From Seison nebaliae (lineage: Eukaryota), in assembly GCA_023231475.1 (NCBI GenBank), contig JALJEE010002909.1:1-64000 (forward strand): DNA of 64,000 nucleotides, in the 5' to 3' direction. Below, in pieces: positions 21,318 through 35,454 of the stretch. Every line of letters starts with the position of its first letter. Positions within the stretch are counted from its first letter, which is position 1. The notes under the pieces were generated by a model. It was not told where the DNA came from, made no database searches, and saw nothing but the letters and a program-made list of their open reading frames with translations. The translations under genes and the position numbers were made by a program.

Positions 21318-23184
21318 TGTAGAAATATTGTTATTAACAAACGGAATGGAGACTGCCAAAAAGAAGAGGAAGGACTTTCTATCGACACCGAAACAATTGA
21401 GAAAAATAATGATTTGCTACAGATGATTCCTTCCATCACAAACATACATTTTCGAAAGATAATGTGTTAAGCGCTCGATCAATTTCACGGAGTTGTTTAA
21501 ACGAATTTCTTTATTGTCAGCACAACTGGAAATTGGACTTGAGAAATATTTGTTTGTTCCATTCATTTCTCCGTTGGTTCACTTTCAAAACTTAATTATG
21601 TTACGTCGAAATTAAAATCGATTTGATATTTGTTGCAAAATTCTGAAAAAAAATCAAACTTAATTCAAATCCAACTAAATTGTCCAACGTCGATAGTCAA
21701 CGATCGACGTTAAAACAACTAACAAGTTATAAAAAATTTATTAAACTTTTAGAATATTTCCCAATTGATTCAGAAGAGAATGTGTCGCAAAAATTTTCTG
21801 ATGAGTGCGAAGAAACAATGATTATTTGAATTTGTCAGAGATTCTCGAAATGTCGAATTTATTTTGATGATTAAATATGATTAATTCATTAGTTTATTAA
21901 AAGTGAGGTCTGATATGTTTTGAAATGAGAAAGGTATGGTGAAATGGAGTTGTTGGATAATTGGTTGAATTGTTTGGTCAGAAATATGATTAATTGAAGA
22001 GACAAGTAAATCATATTACTTCTATCAATACTCCAATAACTTTGCCAACAATGATTCATGGTCAAATGAAGTCGAATTACATTTTCAAATTAATGTTCGG
22101 TTATCAAATTTGCATCTGAATAGTTTTGATCGATCATCTAACGATATCGATATGAACGTGATAGGATAACATCTTCCTCACCTCAACAATGAGAGAGAGT
22201 TATCTATGTCGACAAGAGAGGGGAGTAATTCGTTCAGTTATTATTGACATAAAAGTTGAGAAAGATTTCCGAGATTTTCATGTTGTCAAGGCAAAAAGTT
22301 CGTAAGAAATTTCCATATATGAACTTCGATTGATGATGCAACATATAATTATTGATTATTTTGCTTAACAATAAGTTTAATGTAGAATTTCACGTTCCCC
22401 TTCCTAATAAAGACACGACACAAGTTCAATTTAAATCAACTCCGATTCCTTTGAGCTTTCCCACACGAAATAAGTCTCATCAACGATAATTTCTCGGTTT
22501 ATTCTCGATGAGAAATGGATAATTTTTGAACGATAATAAATTGATTGTTGGAAGAAAAGAGGATTCATTAGGAAGCAATGAAGTTTCCATAAGATGAATG
22601 AGTCATAAATGGTAATGGAGACATTGGAGATGAAAGAGAAATGAGAGAATAGATGAAGGAAAGAACGCCTACATATGTGAGATGAATAATCGCCTTTATA
22701 TTTCCGTTCTCTTGCGACTAAGTGAGTGAGTAAGTGTGAAGAATATAGTCGATTATTTATAAAAGTGAGGAGATGGAACGTTTCGTTAAATGTTTCCTCT
22801 ATTATTTATTATCAGCGTAGCAATCCATTTGGATATGACGCCATTAACCTAAACATACTTGTCTGTCAGGAAATTATGGAAACTACAATGGGTTCGTGTC
22901 TGAACTTCCAATACATCGATGTACATCACCTAACTCTAACATCTCAATTCGAACAATAGGATGATTCGATGGGAGAGAAGAAAGGAAGAGAAGTTAATAG
23001 AAACGGTTAAATGTTAACAATGGCTCATAGATCATTGTTAGATGTGGCAGTGGAAAGTGAACGAATGTTCTAATATTTTGATCAGATGCGGCTGTATTTA
23101 AACTATTATTATCCAACTTTTCCACAACTCGACTATTACCCTAATGGCCGAAAGAAGACTACTATTGTTCGACGGTGTGGGCAC

Positions 23185-23260
23185 ATGTGTGTGTTCATGT
23201 GTCTAATCCTGTGTATCTGTGTGTGTATATGTGTATCTGTGTATCTGTGTGTGTATGTGA
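23185..23260. repeat. Imperfect (GT)n/(GTGTAT)n microsatellite
   Basis: Visible tgtgtg/gtatct run in the long region upstream of MICAL. Confidence 0.7.
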
Positions 23261-24109
23261 ACAGTTCTCCTTATTGATATGTTTCTTACTTCTGTTTAGC
23301 CAATAGACGTGGATGGATGGATGGATGGGTGGGAAATGTTTAGAAGATCGATGGAGTTATTGTGAGGAATGATAGTGAAAGAAATGGGAAATAATTATTT
23401 CTTATCTTCTTTAATTATAATCATAATGACGATTATTCATTATTCATATATCGTCCTCTTATATAACATTATTCCAAGTTGATAGATATGTCATTATATT
23501 TACAAATGAACAGTTCACAGATAGAGATGTGTATGTCTCAACACGAAATTGAAGAGTAGATATCTATTTCTTTAGCGAGAGTGGGTGAGGAGACGGGACG
23601 AGACCGTTATGTACATGTGGCTACAAGAACTTTCCTACTTCCTTCATCAATCTCATTCAATTTGCCTTCTTCTCCAAAAAAAAACTTCCACACGTATGAA
23701 CACTTTCCACTATAATTAGTTAAATTAGTTATCGGTACAACATGTATCGTCGTCAATACCTTGACTAGTTCCTGTACGCAGAATTATGGTAAGAAAAAAT
23801 AGAATAAACTTCCCAATCACGAGCGTTCTTCTAGCGGGCCTTATTGTGTCTGTGTGTGTGTGTAAATGAGAAGTAGTTTTGGAACTAATTACCATGAGAA
23901 GGATGTCAGATTGAAATGAGACATTTGTTCTAATCAGAAAATAATGATAATAATGAGGGGAATTGTTTATTCCTTCAATTATTTCACTATTTCGATGGAC
24001 ATATACACGAGCATGGGGAGTAGTAAGGAAGGCGAAGACATACAGGCTGAAGGAGAGAGTCTAAAAATTTCATTTATTTTCACCTTTTTCCCCCCAGTCA
24101 ATACACACT

Positions 24110-24133
24110 CAGAGTGAGAGAGAGAGAGAGAGA
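24110..24133. repeat. (GA)n tract
   Basis: gagtgagagagagagagagagaag about 270 bp upstream of the MICAL ATG. Confidence 0.8.
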
Positions 24134-24397
24134 AGGAGAGCAAAATAAAGAAATAATACATATGTGTTCCATTTGTATCGTAACTGGAGAGGAGATATCA
24201 TTCATTTAATCGCCTTTTCTTTCAACAACAACAATAATCGATTGTTGACCAAGTATTGGATGAATTTATAATTAAAATTATCCGTCGACATTATGAACAC
24301 GAACCAGACTAATGCTTCTCCCAATAAAATTGTCATTATTCCTAATTGATACTTACCACTCAATCTTCTTCCTATTATTATTGGGACGTTAGAAAGA

Positions 24398-27131
24398 ATG
24401 ACGTCAATCGATTATCAGAATGAGAATAATCAGTTTCCCGAACAAGTGACTGATGTGGAGAATGTGAGTAGTTCGTTCGATCAATCAGCTGATAAGGAGA
24501 ATGTACTCATTGACGACTTGAATGATGACTCTCTTCAGAGTTTTATTCGGAATGAAGAGAATGAAATTCCCGATCATAACGAACAATTGGATCATGATAA
24601 TTATGATGAGGAAGAAGCGAACGATTTGAAAGATAATAACATTGACGAATTGTTCGAGAAGTTTCTCTCTTCTTCCTCGCTTAACCGCATCAAATTAATT
24701 TTCTACAAACTCATCGCATTCGATCCCGAACTTGCCACCACATACCATTCGAACGATTCTTACAATTTCACTTATTTCTCCTCGAAAATCCAATATCTCC
24801 TCTCCTCCCATTGGAAGGCCCAACGAATATTTCACGCTATAAATACTCGAGCTAAACAGAAAGTTTATTTCGAGAAACGATCCACCAACCGCATAGCGAG
24901 CAATGTGAAAAGTTTAGTGATTGGGGCCGGTCCAGTCGGCATGCGATTAGCCATCGAACTCGCATTAGAAGGTTCAAATGTAATGGTGGTGGAGAAACGG
25001 GAGAAATTGTCGAGGAATAATATTCTCCATTTATGGCCGTTCACCATTCATGATTTGAAGGTGTTGGGAGCGAAAACGTTTTTCGGCAAATTCTGTGCCG
25101 GTTCCATCGATCATATTAGTATTAAGCAATTGCAATTAATTCTCATTAAACTCTCTCTACTCTGTGGAGTGCGTTATCATTTCGGTGTGGAGTTCGCTCA
25201 TTTGTTTCCTCCTTCAACTCAATCCGTTTTAACACCGTTAAATGAGAATTTGGATTTGTTCGAACCAATTCACAATTATGGCTGGCGAGCACAATATAAT
25301 CCGAAGAGACATCTTCTCTCTGAATATGAATTCGATGTCATTGTAAATGCGAGTGGAAAACGATCGACATTACCTGGTTTTGAATTCACGAAATTTCGGG
25401 GGAAAATCGCTATCGCCATCACGGCGAATTTCGTCAATAATCACACGTTGAGAGAAGGTGCATGTCCCGAAATTTCTGGTGTTGCTTGTATTTTCCATCC
25501 GCAATTCTTCCAGAAAATGTATCATCGTACTGGTATCGATTTGGAGAACATTGTTTATTATAAGGGCGAGACTCATTATTTTGTGATGACGGCCAAACGT
25601 CATTCATTGTTAGCGAAAGGCGTTCTCAAAGAGGATTTGGATAACGAACATTTCCTTTCTCAATCCAATATTAATCAACAATTTCTATTATCATATGCAT
25701 ATGAGGCTGCGGTAGCGGCGACTGATGGTGCACTCGGTTTCAATCTCCAATTCGCTAAAGATCATTATGGAATGCCTGATGTGGCGATGTTCGATTTTAC
25801 GGAATTATATGCTGCTAAACATCCGATGAAGATCGCTGTGAGAAATTCAAAACCGTTATTGATGGCATTAGTTGGCGACGCTTTAAGAATGCCATTTTGG
25901 CCATTAGGAACTGGCGCCGCTCGAGGATGGTTAGCTGCGTTCGATACGGCGTGGAGTGTCCGACAATTCGCTCAGATCAAACGAGAAATGTCAATGTTGA
26001 ATTCAGATTATTGTTGGAAATTGATCAGACATCTTATTAGCGAACGAGAGATCACTTACCAGTTATTGGCACAAACGTCGTCAGAGAAGTTGTCGAAGAA
26101 CTTTGATGAATATTCCATTCAACCGACCACACGTTATCCAAATTTGAATATGAAGAAGATATTCGATGAGAATGAAATTAATTCGTTGATTTTAGATTTG
26201 GATAAGAATGAGGAAGCATTCGATGGAATCGTTCGATATTCTTCCTCCATTCACGAATATCTTCCTCTCATCTTATGTCAATGGATCAGATGGTTATGTC
26301 GGAATGAGAATGAAACTAATTTGAGAATTGTAGAGAATATCTTCAAGTTCGATAGTGAGAAGATCAAAGATGATCTCAATTATTGTCAAGAGATCATGGA
26401 AGGATTGACATTGATCATTCAGAAGATATTTCCAGACGACAACAAACAAATCACGAGGACGAATGTACTCGACGTCGTCCAATCACGATTATCCATCTCT
26501 CCACCTTATCAATTGTTGGAGGAGCAATACAAAGAATTAACTCCGATCAATTCATTCATTTTGTATCTAAGAAAAATTTATTCGATATTGAAACGACGTA
26601 AAACGGATATCATGATGGAATGGTTCGATGATAATCGTTTAAAGAACAAACCAGATATTCGATATCTACAGAAATTCTACATTCAACAACAACAACAACG
26701 ATTCGAAAATATGGAACGAGATCGATTGAATTCGCCATCATTAAACGAGATTAATCATCAATTGATGGACAATGAGAAGAAGTTTTTAACAGTTCGAGAT
26801 ACGCGACGATATGGAATTCGAAGGAAGACAGCCAATTTTATTCGTCCCACTTTCCTTCTCACCAATAACACGACCGAAATGACGGAAAAATGGAAGAGAA
26901 ATGATGAGAAGAATAAACGAGAAAGAAAGAAAGATCGACGTATGGAACATCGACATTTGACGGTGGGAATTAACATTAGTGATGTGGCTGAAGCGATAAA
27001 AACGTCTTCGAAAACCGATCAATTATCTCATCGTCCAAAACAACGTAATAGATCATCATCTCAAATAAATCGAATATCGAAATTATTCCAGAATAACGAT
27101 AATCAATTCCGTTATGATAATTGGAGGAGGA

Positions 27132-27164
<33 letters not shown>

Positions 27165-30100
27165 TTAATGGGGAAAAACGATTGAAAGTGGATGATTTGA
27201 GAAATATTCTTGTTCAGAAATTCTCCGAAAATTCTGATCAGAAAACGAATTATCGACAAGTGGATATGGATGAGGAGAAAGGTAAATATAATCTATCGAC
27301 TATTAGATCAGATTATGATCTCTTTCAAATCCAACAACCACTCACAATTCGTCCACCGTTACGTGAACATGGACAATCGTCATTGTCACATTCTCCCAAT
27401 AAATTGAGTACGAAAAATAAAGCGAAAATTCTCATGCAGAAATTACATGAAGATAAACGAATCGGAATTGATAATAAATTCGATTTGAATCAAATTATGA
27501 CGGAATTTAAGAAAGGTATCCATTCGCCCAATACACAGACGATGAATATGGAAAAGAAACGACATTCATCAATCCATCATTATTCTGATAATGAGGATGA
27601 TTCGATTCTGATGAAATCGAGATTAGTAGAAAATTCTCCGTTTAAACATCATGATGATTTCCATCAATCTCAATCCTCCATCGACCTTCATCAGGAGGAG
27701 ACGAATATCATTATTAATGACAATCAGAAAGAACGAGGTAAATCATTCAATGAAATTAATTACCATTTGGATGACGAGAATCGTCTCAAACATTATAAAC
27801 GTTCCATCAAAAAATTGACTTTACTTCCCACCAGAAACAGTTATCATACCGATTCGGAATATAAGAAGAGTAAACATCATTCATTGAAATTGAATCAACG
27901 GAAAATGAGGAGGAAAAATATCGGTACTGGTTGTGATCGACCTGATTTGTTAATCGAAGCGGAAAGTGAAGTTCGAGAGAGTCATCCTCAAATTCATGAC
28001 GATTTTCTTTTCAATGAAGAGAAAGCGTCGAAACCGTTATTAAACAATATTGCCAGTTCGACCAATAGCGAAACGATTACGAGAAATACGTCACATTCAT
28101 CATCTAACGATAATTGCACTTTCCGACCATCAGCCACGTCTTATTCGCTCAATACTCATCTGAAACATTGTCACATTTGTCTAAAACACGTGGATGTGAT
28201 GGAGAGAATTGTGATAAAGAATCAAGTAATTCTCCATTTGACATGTCTCTCTTGTGAATTATGTGCAGTGGGATTGAATCGATACAATTATGAATTCATC
28301 GAATTCAACACCTCCGCCCCTACCACCAATTTCCGTTTCTTTTGTAAATATCATATACATCCCGCCATCCAACAATCGTTAGCTCAACGACTTACAATCG
28401 CGAGTTGTAGTGACATGAAATTCTTAAGCGATCAAATTTATCGGCAACCTCCAGAAATTCCGGTGGCGAAACGATTAGCCATCCAATTCTCGGAAGAAAC
28501 GACAAATTATGATAATGAAAGTGTCAAACCATCAGTCTCGTCTCCAATCAATCACAATGTTAACGATGCCAGTTTTTATGATAATGAGAAAGATGAATTA
28601 AAATTTTCATCATTCCATTCAACTTCCTTCAATAATATCAAGAGTGATGATGATGATAATGATAATGATAATGATGATGATAATGGAAATGAAAAGAAAG
28701 AGAGTAGTGATGATGAATATGATAGAATTTATGAAAAGAATTTCAATATCTCATTAAATAAGAAGAAGTCGATAGAGGAAACGGAATTATTTCCTGTAAG
28801 AACTTCAGTTGACGAATCGGTCAATGACGAAGATAAAGTGATTAGCGGTTCGATGGAGAAATCGAATATCGATTCAATTTATCAGAATTCCGATACATTC
28901 GATAATGAAAAGAGTTCGAATGAATCATCGATCGATATGAAATCTCTCCACTCAATCACCACAACGAACGAAATGGTGAAAGAAAACATACAACAGGAAA
29001 TAGAACCGATTGAAGAAACGATCGATTCAATCATTCATAATGAACAGACGAAAGTTCGATCAGAATCCAATTCTCATCCACCGATAGCAAAGCGATTGAA
29101 GAATTTTTTAGTTAAGGTTCGTATCATCTTCCAATCGATTTCTATGATTCTTTTCAATTTGTCACCATTTCAACTTTTTTTATTTTTTCAACATTTTTTA
29201 GTTGCTTCCAGGAAGGCATGTTCGATTTCTTTATTTTTTTTTATTGATTTGCTCAAATTACTCTTCTATTCTGCTTTGCTCTTTCTCTTTCAACCTTTTC
29301 TACGTTCAACCAATCCAAAAATATCATCCACGTCCAAAGGAACAACATTTGTCATTTATCAAATTTGATTTTTTTCCTATTTAGCCCGAAAGTTTCGATG
29401 AAGGTACAGTAGAAAGACAAGATCGTCCTGTTTACTTCACGAAATGTCAATTGACAGACAGTGAAATCCATTATGAACCGGTAAAGATGATGGAGAAATC
29501 AAGTCGAAGATCGGAGAGTAACAAACAGAATCGTCGAATGAATTTCAATCGAGTTCGAGAAATGAAGAGTGAATCGAAGATGAAACCGAAAGAGAAAATT
29601 CGAATAAAAGTTACCGAAGAGAATTTCAATCATTTCCATCAAACCAACGAGAAGAATAAACGAATTTGTCTGATTTGTTCGAAGTATGTTCATTTGACGG
29701 AGAGGAAACGGTTCTTTAATTCACTTATCTTCCATCGTCGATGCATCAGATGTGAGGAATGTTCAAGAGAGATCGATACTTTCAAATTCAATATGAATTC
29801 CGATTATTCCCTATATTTCCTTCCTACTCACCAATCATGTTAACTCTCATATTATATTCTTATTTCTCCTTCTACTATTCATTTCTAGTTGAATTCACAT
29901 GTAATCGACATCTCATCAATCGAACGGTAAGTCCTCAATACCTTTCTTCATTGGAATAAGATTCATTATATAATTAGTACAACTAATTCGATTTTAGTAA
30001 TTTCTTACGAAATCATAATGGGGATAGATATATATATATATAATTATATATTTATTTTTCACTCAAATCACATCTACGTCTTTTAATTTTTTTCGCTTCC

Positions 30101-30270
30101 ACACATATAACAATCAAAACATCAAATCAACAACAACCAAAAATTACATGATAATTTCGTGATATTAAGGGAAATTTCTATTTCTTCTCTCATTATTTTA
30201 GACAACGTATGTGGCCACGAATGGCGTACAAAGGAAAATATCATTATCGTTCATCGAAGACAAATCATAA
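24398..30270 (+). CDS. MICAL: MICAL-family F-actin monooxygenase with two LIM domains
   Basis: FAD domain GAGPVG, SRNNILHLWPF, GKFCAGSIDHISI, LVGDAL..PFWPLGTG. Inferred exons 24398-29116, 29385-29838, 29889-29926, 30202-30270 (last exon less certain; alternative stop at 29959). Confidence 0.93.
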
Positions 30271-30958
30271 CATCGCGTCCACACCATTGAACTTGATTAA
30301 ATCCCCTTAAATTATTTTGGGATATTCTAAAAAAATTCTCATAAACAAAATAAAATTTTCCTTATTCGATTACCTTAAAAAAATTCACTTAACAAAAACT
30401 CAAAAAGATCGATTTGTAAAATTTGGAAATTATTGGAAGAGAATAAAAAGAATTTTCTAATGATAATTAAGATGAAAAGCTACATATGAACAAATTTGAA
30501 GTATATAAACCGTTCTTACTTTCAGTTAATGTATTAAAAATGAACAAAGTGAAAAAGGATAAATTTCAAAATTATCTAATTCAAATATTGGTTTATTATT
30601 GTTGGTGATTATATTTTGGAAAGGAAGAATGTCGAGAGAAAAACATCTAATTTCCCAATTAAATTGATCGAAAGAAAATTTCCACATAAATTTCATATAA
30701 AACAATTTCTTTACGAATTTCATATGAACAAAATTTCCACATAAAAATATGATATGAAAAAAATTTTAAAATGAACTTCATAAAAAAAATTTGAAGAACA
30801 ATTTCATACGAAAAATTTTTTTAGACGAATTCTGATCAGAAGAAAATTTCAGTGATAACAATTAATTATTTTGATGGCGAAGAGAAAATATTTGATAAAA
30901 AAATTTAATTTCGTTTCGAAAAGGAAATCTTAATCTTCCAATTATCTCTTTGCTTTAC

Positions 30959-31591
30959 TCACTGGATGACGGTGGCGATTGGCGCTTCCTCGTCATCATC
31001 ATCCACTTCAGTAATCTCTTCGACGACATTCTTGTTCTTTTCCATTTGGATTTCCATTTCGTCCTCTTCGTCATCGCTGTCCATCTCCTTCTTCTCTTCT
31101 TCCACAATCGCCTCATCTTGACACTTGTCCTCAAATGATTTGCTCGCGTCTTTATTCATAAAATCTTCGAAATCGATCGAATCATATTTGGCGCTCTTCT
31201 CGTTCGTCATCATTGACTGGACCATTTCACGGAAGGTCTTCTCTTTTCCCACGCCTGAAATCACGAACATGTTGGAGTGCATCGCCATTTGCACTTTTGG
31301 TTTGGAGATTTCTAACATTGTTTGATCACTCTCTTGCATCATGAGAACATTATCGACGGCATTGATCTCTGTCATGTTCATCTTCTTTAGAGTATTCTGT
31401 AACTCTTTCTCATCGACAAAATTATTTTTGCTCTTCAACACTGCCGATCGCACAACTCGTCTCCCACCAATAATCGTTATCCCACTATTCGTTCCTTTTC
31501 CTGGCGATGGGAATTGATGATCTTTTCTCGTTTTCTGCACTTTCGACTTCGTTTGCGTCTTCTGTGTTCTATTTCCCGTTCTGTTAGGCAT
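30959..31591 (-). CDS. Divergent NAC-beta / BTF3-like protein
   Basis: NAC domain DEKELQNTLKKMNMTEINAVDNVLM...KPKVQMAMHSNMFVISG..KEKTFREM; acidic tail; ATG at 31591. Confidence 0.8.
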   Translation of the reverse strand: MPNRTGNRTQKTQTKSKVQKTRKDHQFPSPGKGTNSGITIIGGRRVVRSAVLKSKNNFVDEKELQNTLKKMNMTEINAVDNVLMMQESDQTMLEISKPKVQMAMHSNMFVISGVGKEKTFREMVQSMMTNEKSAKYDSIDFEDFMNKDASKSFEDKCQDEAIVEEEKKEMDSDDEEDEMEIQMEKNKNVVEEITEVDDDDEEAPIATVIQ

Positions 31592-31890
31592 TTTTACTAA
31601 ACTTGACTTCCAACAAAATTTTTTGTCTGCTGAACGAAAAACCAATCTTTATTTTAAACTGAATTAAACACTGATGTTGTTAATACATAACGATGAAATA
31701 GCATATGAAATTAATTTGAATTCTCGTGCTCCCAAATTAGAGAGGAAGAACATGTCCTCAACAAATGACTTTAGGGAAAATTCAAAATTTTAAGCTTAAC
31801 AAAAATATGACGCAATAATTCTCTTTTTTTATGACTCATATTTTTTCAATTCTCAATTAAAGATTTATTGTGTTTCTAATTTGAAGAGGG

Positions 31891-32623
31891 ATGTCCATTT
31901 TGTTTAATGTGAGAGAATTCTCTTGTTCGATTTGCATGAAACATGTCAAGTTGGGACATGGAATAATGTTGCCCATTTGTCGGGAGAATGTTTGTAAGTT
32001 AATTCTCATCAGTCTTCTCATCTTTCATTTGAAATAGAACATGTCTCAGGAATCATGTGAACACGAAAGTGGCTGATACTCTATCGTTCAAAGATGTGCC
32101 CTGTATCTCCTGTCAAGACGAAACGCTCGATTATAATTTGATGAAATATGTGTTAAAGCGACGAGAGATGGAAGAGTTGGAAGAGAAATTTATAAAGAAT
32201 TGGAAAACTAGAAATGCTTCTTTCACTTTCAATTGTCTTACTCCAAATTGTGCTTACTTCTTCGAAATCGGTTCAAATACCACTCTCTTAGAGGAGCAAG
32301 TGATTAAATGTCCAAATTGTTCTTTACATTCCTGTCTGACATGTAAGAAACAACATACTCCAAGTGACATGTGTGAAGTGGAAGCAGCGGAAAAATCGGC
32401 CGATTATTTCGCCCAACAAATCCAAGAAGGTACTATGATGCTTTGTTTAAATTGTGAGACGCCCGTTTCTCGTATTGATGGTTGTGATGCCGTTCGATGT
32501 CAATGCGGAACGGAATTATGTTGGGCAACTAAAAAATTACGACGAGGATCAAATGGATGTCATTGTAGATCACCATCACGAAACGGTGCTTTATGTCATC
32601 CAAATTGCCGTAATTGTCACTAA
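31891..32623 (+). CDS. RBR E3 ligase, HOIL-1/RBCK1-like (RING1-IBR-RING2 only)
   Basis: Exons 31891-31997, 32038-32623. RING1 CSIC..C.E..CKTC, IBR CLTPNC..CPNC...CLTC...H, RING2 DGCDAVRCQCGTELCWAT, and HOIL-1-type end GCHC...CHPNCRNCH*. Confidence 0.8.
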
Positions 32624-33269
32624 TCTCAAATTGAGAAAATCGATTAACAAGTTTCAGATCGCAATTCAAAATTCAGATTATATGAAGCGAAATTTGAAGC
32701 TGTTATGCCAGTTTTTAAAGAAATTGACGTTTTTTTAATTTTTTTTTGTATTATTAAATAAAATATTTTTATATAAAAATGAAAAAAGAATTTTTCTTAT
32801 AAGTTTTTTGGAAAATTGTAAATTTAGAGGTTAAGCTTAATGTGCGTTATGTTGAGCTTTATATTTAAATCGTTCCTATTCGGTTAGTTGAAGTTGGAAA
32901 GGTAGAAAATTTGACATAATTTTACTCTTTTCTTCTACTCTCTGAAGTGTAGAATTGTCGTTAGATCAATAAATGAAAACATATTCGAACGAGTGTGAAG
33001 ATGAGAAGAAATTTGATCGAATTTCTTTCAATTCATTTTCGTATTTTCCATCCTCTCGATTCTTCTCGTCGTATATCGCCATCAATTGGAAGTGAAAAGA
33101 GAATTTCTTTCTTTCTATTTCGTCTTTTTTTCCACATTTAATCGTATTGATTAAGATTAAGAAAAGGAAATTGAAATTGTTTGAGGAAATTTTTATGTTT
33201 TTCTAACTTGTCGAATTTTTATTTCTTTTCAATTTTTTCCCATTCGTCTCCTCTCCAGATCTTAGTGCA

Positions 33270-34650
33270 ATGAGTCGAGTCAATAAAAATAAACCGCGCT
33301 CCAATCGATTTCATACGACAGGATTGTTTTCCAATTTCAATCAGAATGATGACGATGATGAGCATCATCAACATCATCATCCGAATGACGACTCAATTCC
33401 TCAAGCATATCGACAACATCAACATCACATTCCTCAACATATAATCGACACGAATCGTCGACTTGCTGAACATCAGCGACGGATGAACAACATGAATCGA
33501 CATCATGCCACTCATCAAGAAGAGAATAAATCGAAAAGGAAACATCACAATTGGAACGGGGAAGGTGAGAAACCTAAAAAAAAATCTTATCAACAACGAA
33601 CATCTGATGACAATTTGAATAACAATCAACAAAGTAGTACATTTTCCTCCGAATCCTCCTCAACATCAGATTACAAAGCTCCAACGAATAATCAACAACA
33701 ACAACGACAAAATGAGCGAGAGAAGATGCAAGAAGAGAAGAAGAAAGAACGTGCACATATGAAATCGGGAGTGCAGAAAGATTATTATGAAGTATTGGGA
33801 CTTTCACGAAATGATGCCACAAAAGAGAATATAAAGAAAGCGTTTAATTTCAATATAATTTCATTTATTCTTTATTATTATTATTATTATTATTATTATC
33901 ATGTTACATTTTCAGTTATCGACGACAAGCATTAAAATGGCATCCAGATAAGAATCCAGAAAAGAAAGAAGAAGCGGAAGAAATGTTCAAATTAGTTTCA
34001 GAAGCGTATGAAGTTTTATCCGATGGTTCAATTTTCAAATTTTCATTTTTATTTCTCATTTTCAATTGAAATCTTCTTCACAATTTGACAGATAACAAGA
34101 AAATTATTTATGATAAATATGGAAAAGATGGTTTGACTGGTGGTGGCAATGGCGGTGGCGGATCTTCTCGTCGTCATAATTTCGATCGACATTTCACTGC
34201 CTTCCAAGATCCATTCACGCTATTCAACGAATTGTTTCAAGATATGTTCCAACCGTCGCCTTTCGATTCGTCGCCGTTTGGTCGATTTGATGATCCTTTC
34301 CAATCATTCAATTCAATTAGCAGAATGCACCGGATGTCTCCATTCGACGATATGATCAATTTAAGCGCGATGGGCGGAATGGGTTTCTCCGGCATGTCGA
34401 CTTTCACAACTAATATTGGACCGAATATCGGGCGATCTATTCAGACCTCCACCAGAACCGTCAATGGCAAAACAATAAAAACAACAACGTTACTTTTATT
34501 TTGTTAATGACATGTTGTTTAATTAATTAATTTTCCATTTCTAATTATTATTCTCTCAAATCTAGAACCATAGAAAACGGGAAGAAAACCGTTAAAGTGG
34601 AAGAGAATGGTCGTGTTGTCGATAAGAAGACGATGATGATCGATAAATAA
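33270..34650 (+). CDS. DnaJ/Hsp40, DNAJB6/B8-like, with long N-terminal extension
   Basis: Exons 33270-33841, 33916-34025, 34092-34488, 34566-34650. [27 protein letters not shown] region, [23 protein letters not shown]. Confidence 0.9.
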
Positions 34651-35454
34651 AGAGATCAAATGCATTTTCTTTGCATGTGTGACGCTTCGAAAGAGAAAAA
34701 AACTTTTTTTATTATACTCCTAATACCAAATTTGACTGATTTAAGTAAAGATTTATGATAAAAAATTATTTCTCGTCATATTCTCTTCATTCGATTGATT
34801 TTGGTCGATCGGAAAAAAAAAAAACATGTTTAATCTATTTGGGAGGACGTACATTTCATGGAACTCTTTTGTTCTTTTTTGTGAGATTTGAATGAATATC
34901 AATATTTTCATTTTGAAATAAAAGAAATTTTGAAACGAAATAAATTTAAGATCGACCGTCAACGATAATTGTTAAAACGGTCGTATGGGAAATATTATGG
35001 CAATCGATTCGATTTGAAAAAAGATGATATTCATTTAACATTTCTTCAATTTTCGAGCGAAATTTGGAACGAATTGGAAGAAATATGGAGGAATCATCTT
35101 TCGGGTCGTGACTCGGGATATTCAGAGATAGAAAGAGAATTAGAACAATTTTTAGATAAAATGAAATTTAATAGATAATTAGAGAGGTGATAGGGAGGAA
35201 GGAAATAAAAATGATTCGAAAACTTTCATAATTTCAATAAATTTCATCAATTCTGTTCGAATTCGTCGAACATTTCAAGTACTAGAGATGATAAGAGACA
35301 CACATTCCATAAAATGATATAAATTATGGCGAGCTCATTATTTCTCGTTCCTGAATTGGAATGAATTATTTGAAATAATTTAGTTGAATCCATTTCTAAT
35401 AAATGAAGAAAAAACAAAAAAAAGTTTCTGTTCTACAAATCAATTCTTACCCGT

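Noticed and set aside
21686..21711. 9-bp inverted repeat AACGTCGAT/ATCGACGTT
   Set aside because: Isolated short stem built on TCGA/CGAT words that are very common in this window.
29117..29384. Hydrophobic C-terminus of the 1656-aa MICAL ORF suggesting a TM anchor
   Set aside because: It is read-through into a T-rich intron; splicing 29116/29385 continues in frame to LIM2.
34969..35178. 69-aa ORF with protein-like composition
   Set aside because: TTG start directly after a stop, and no convincing splice acceptor or homology.
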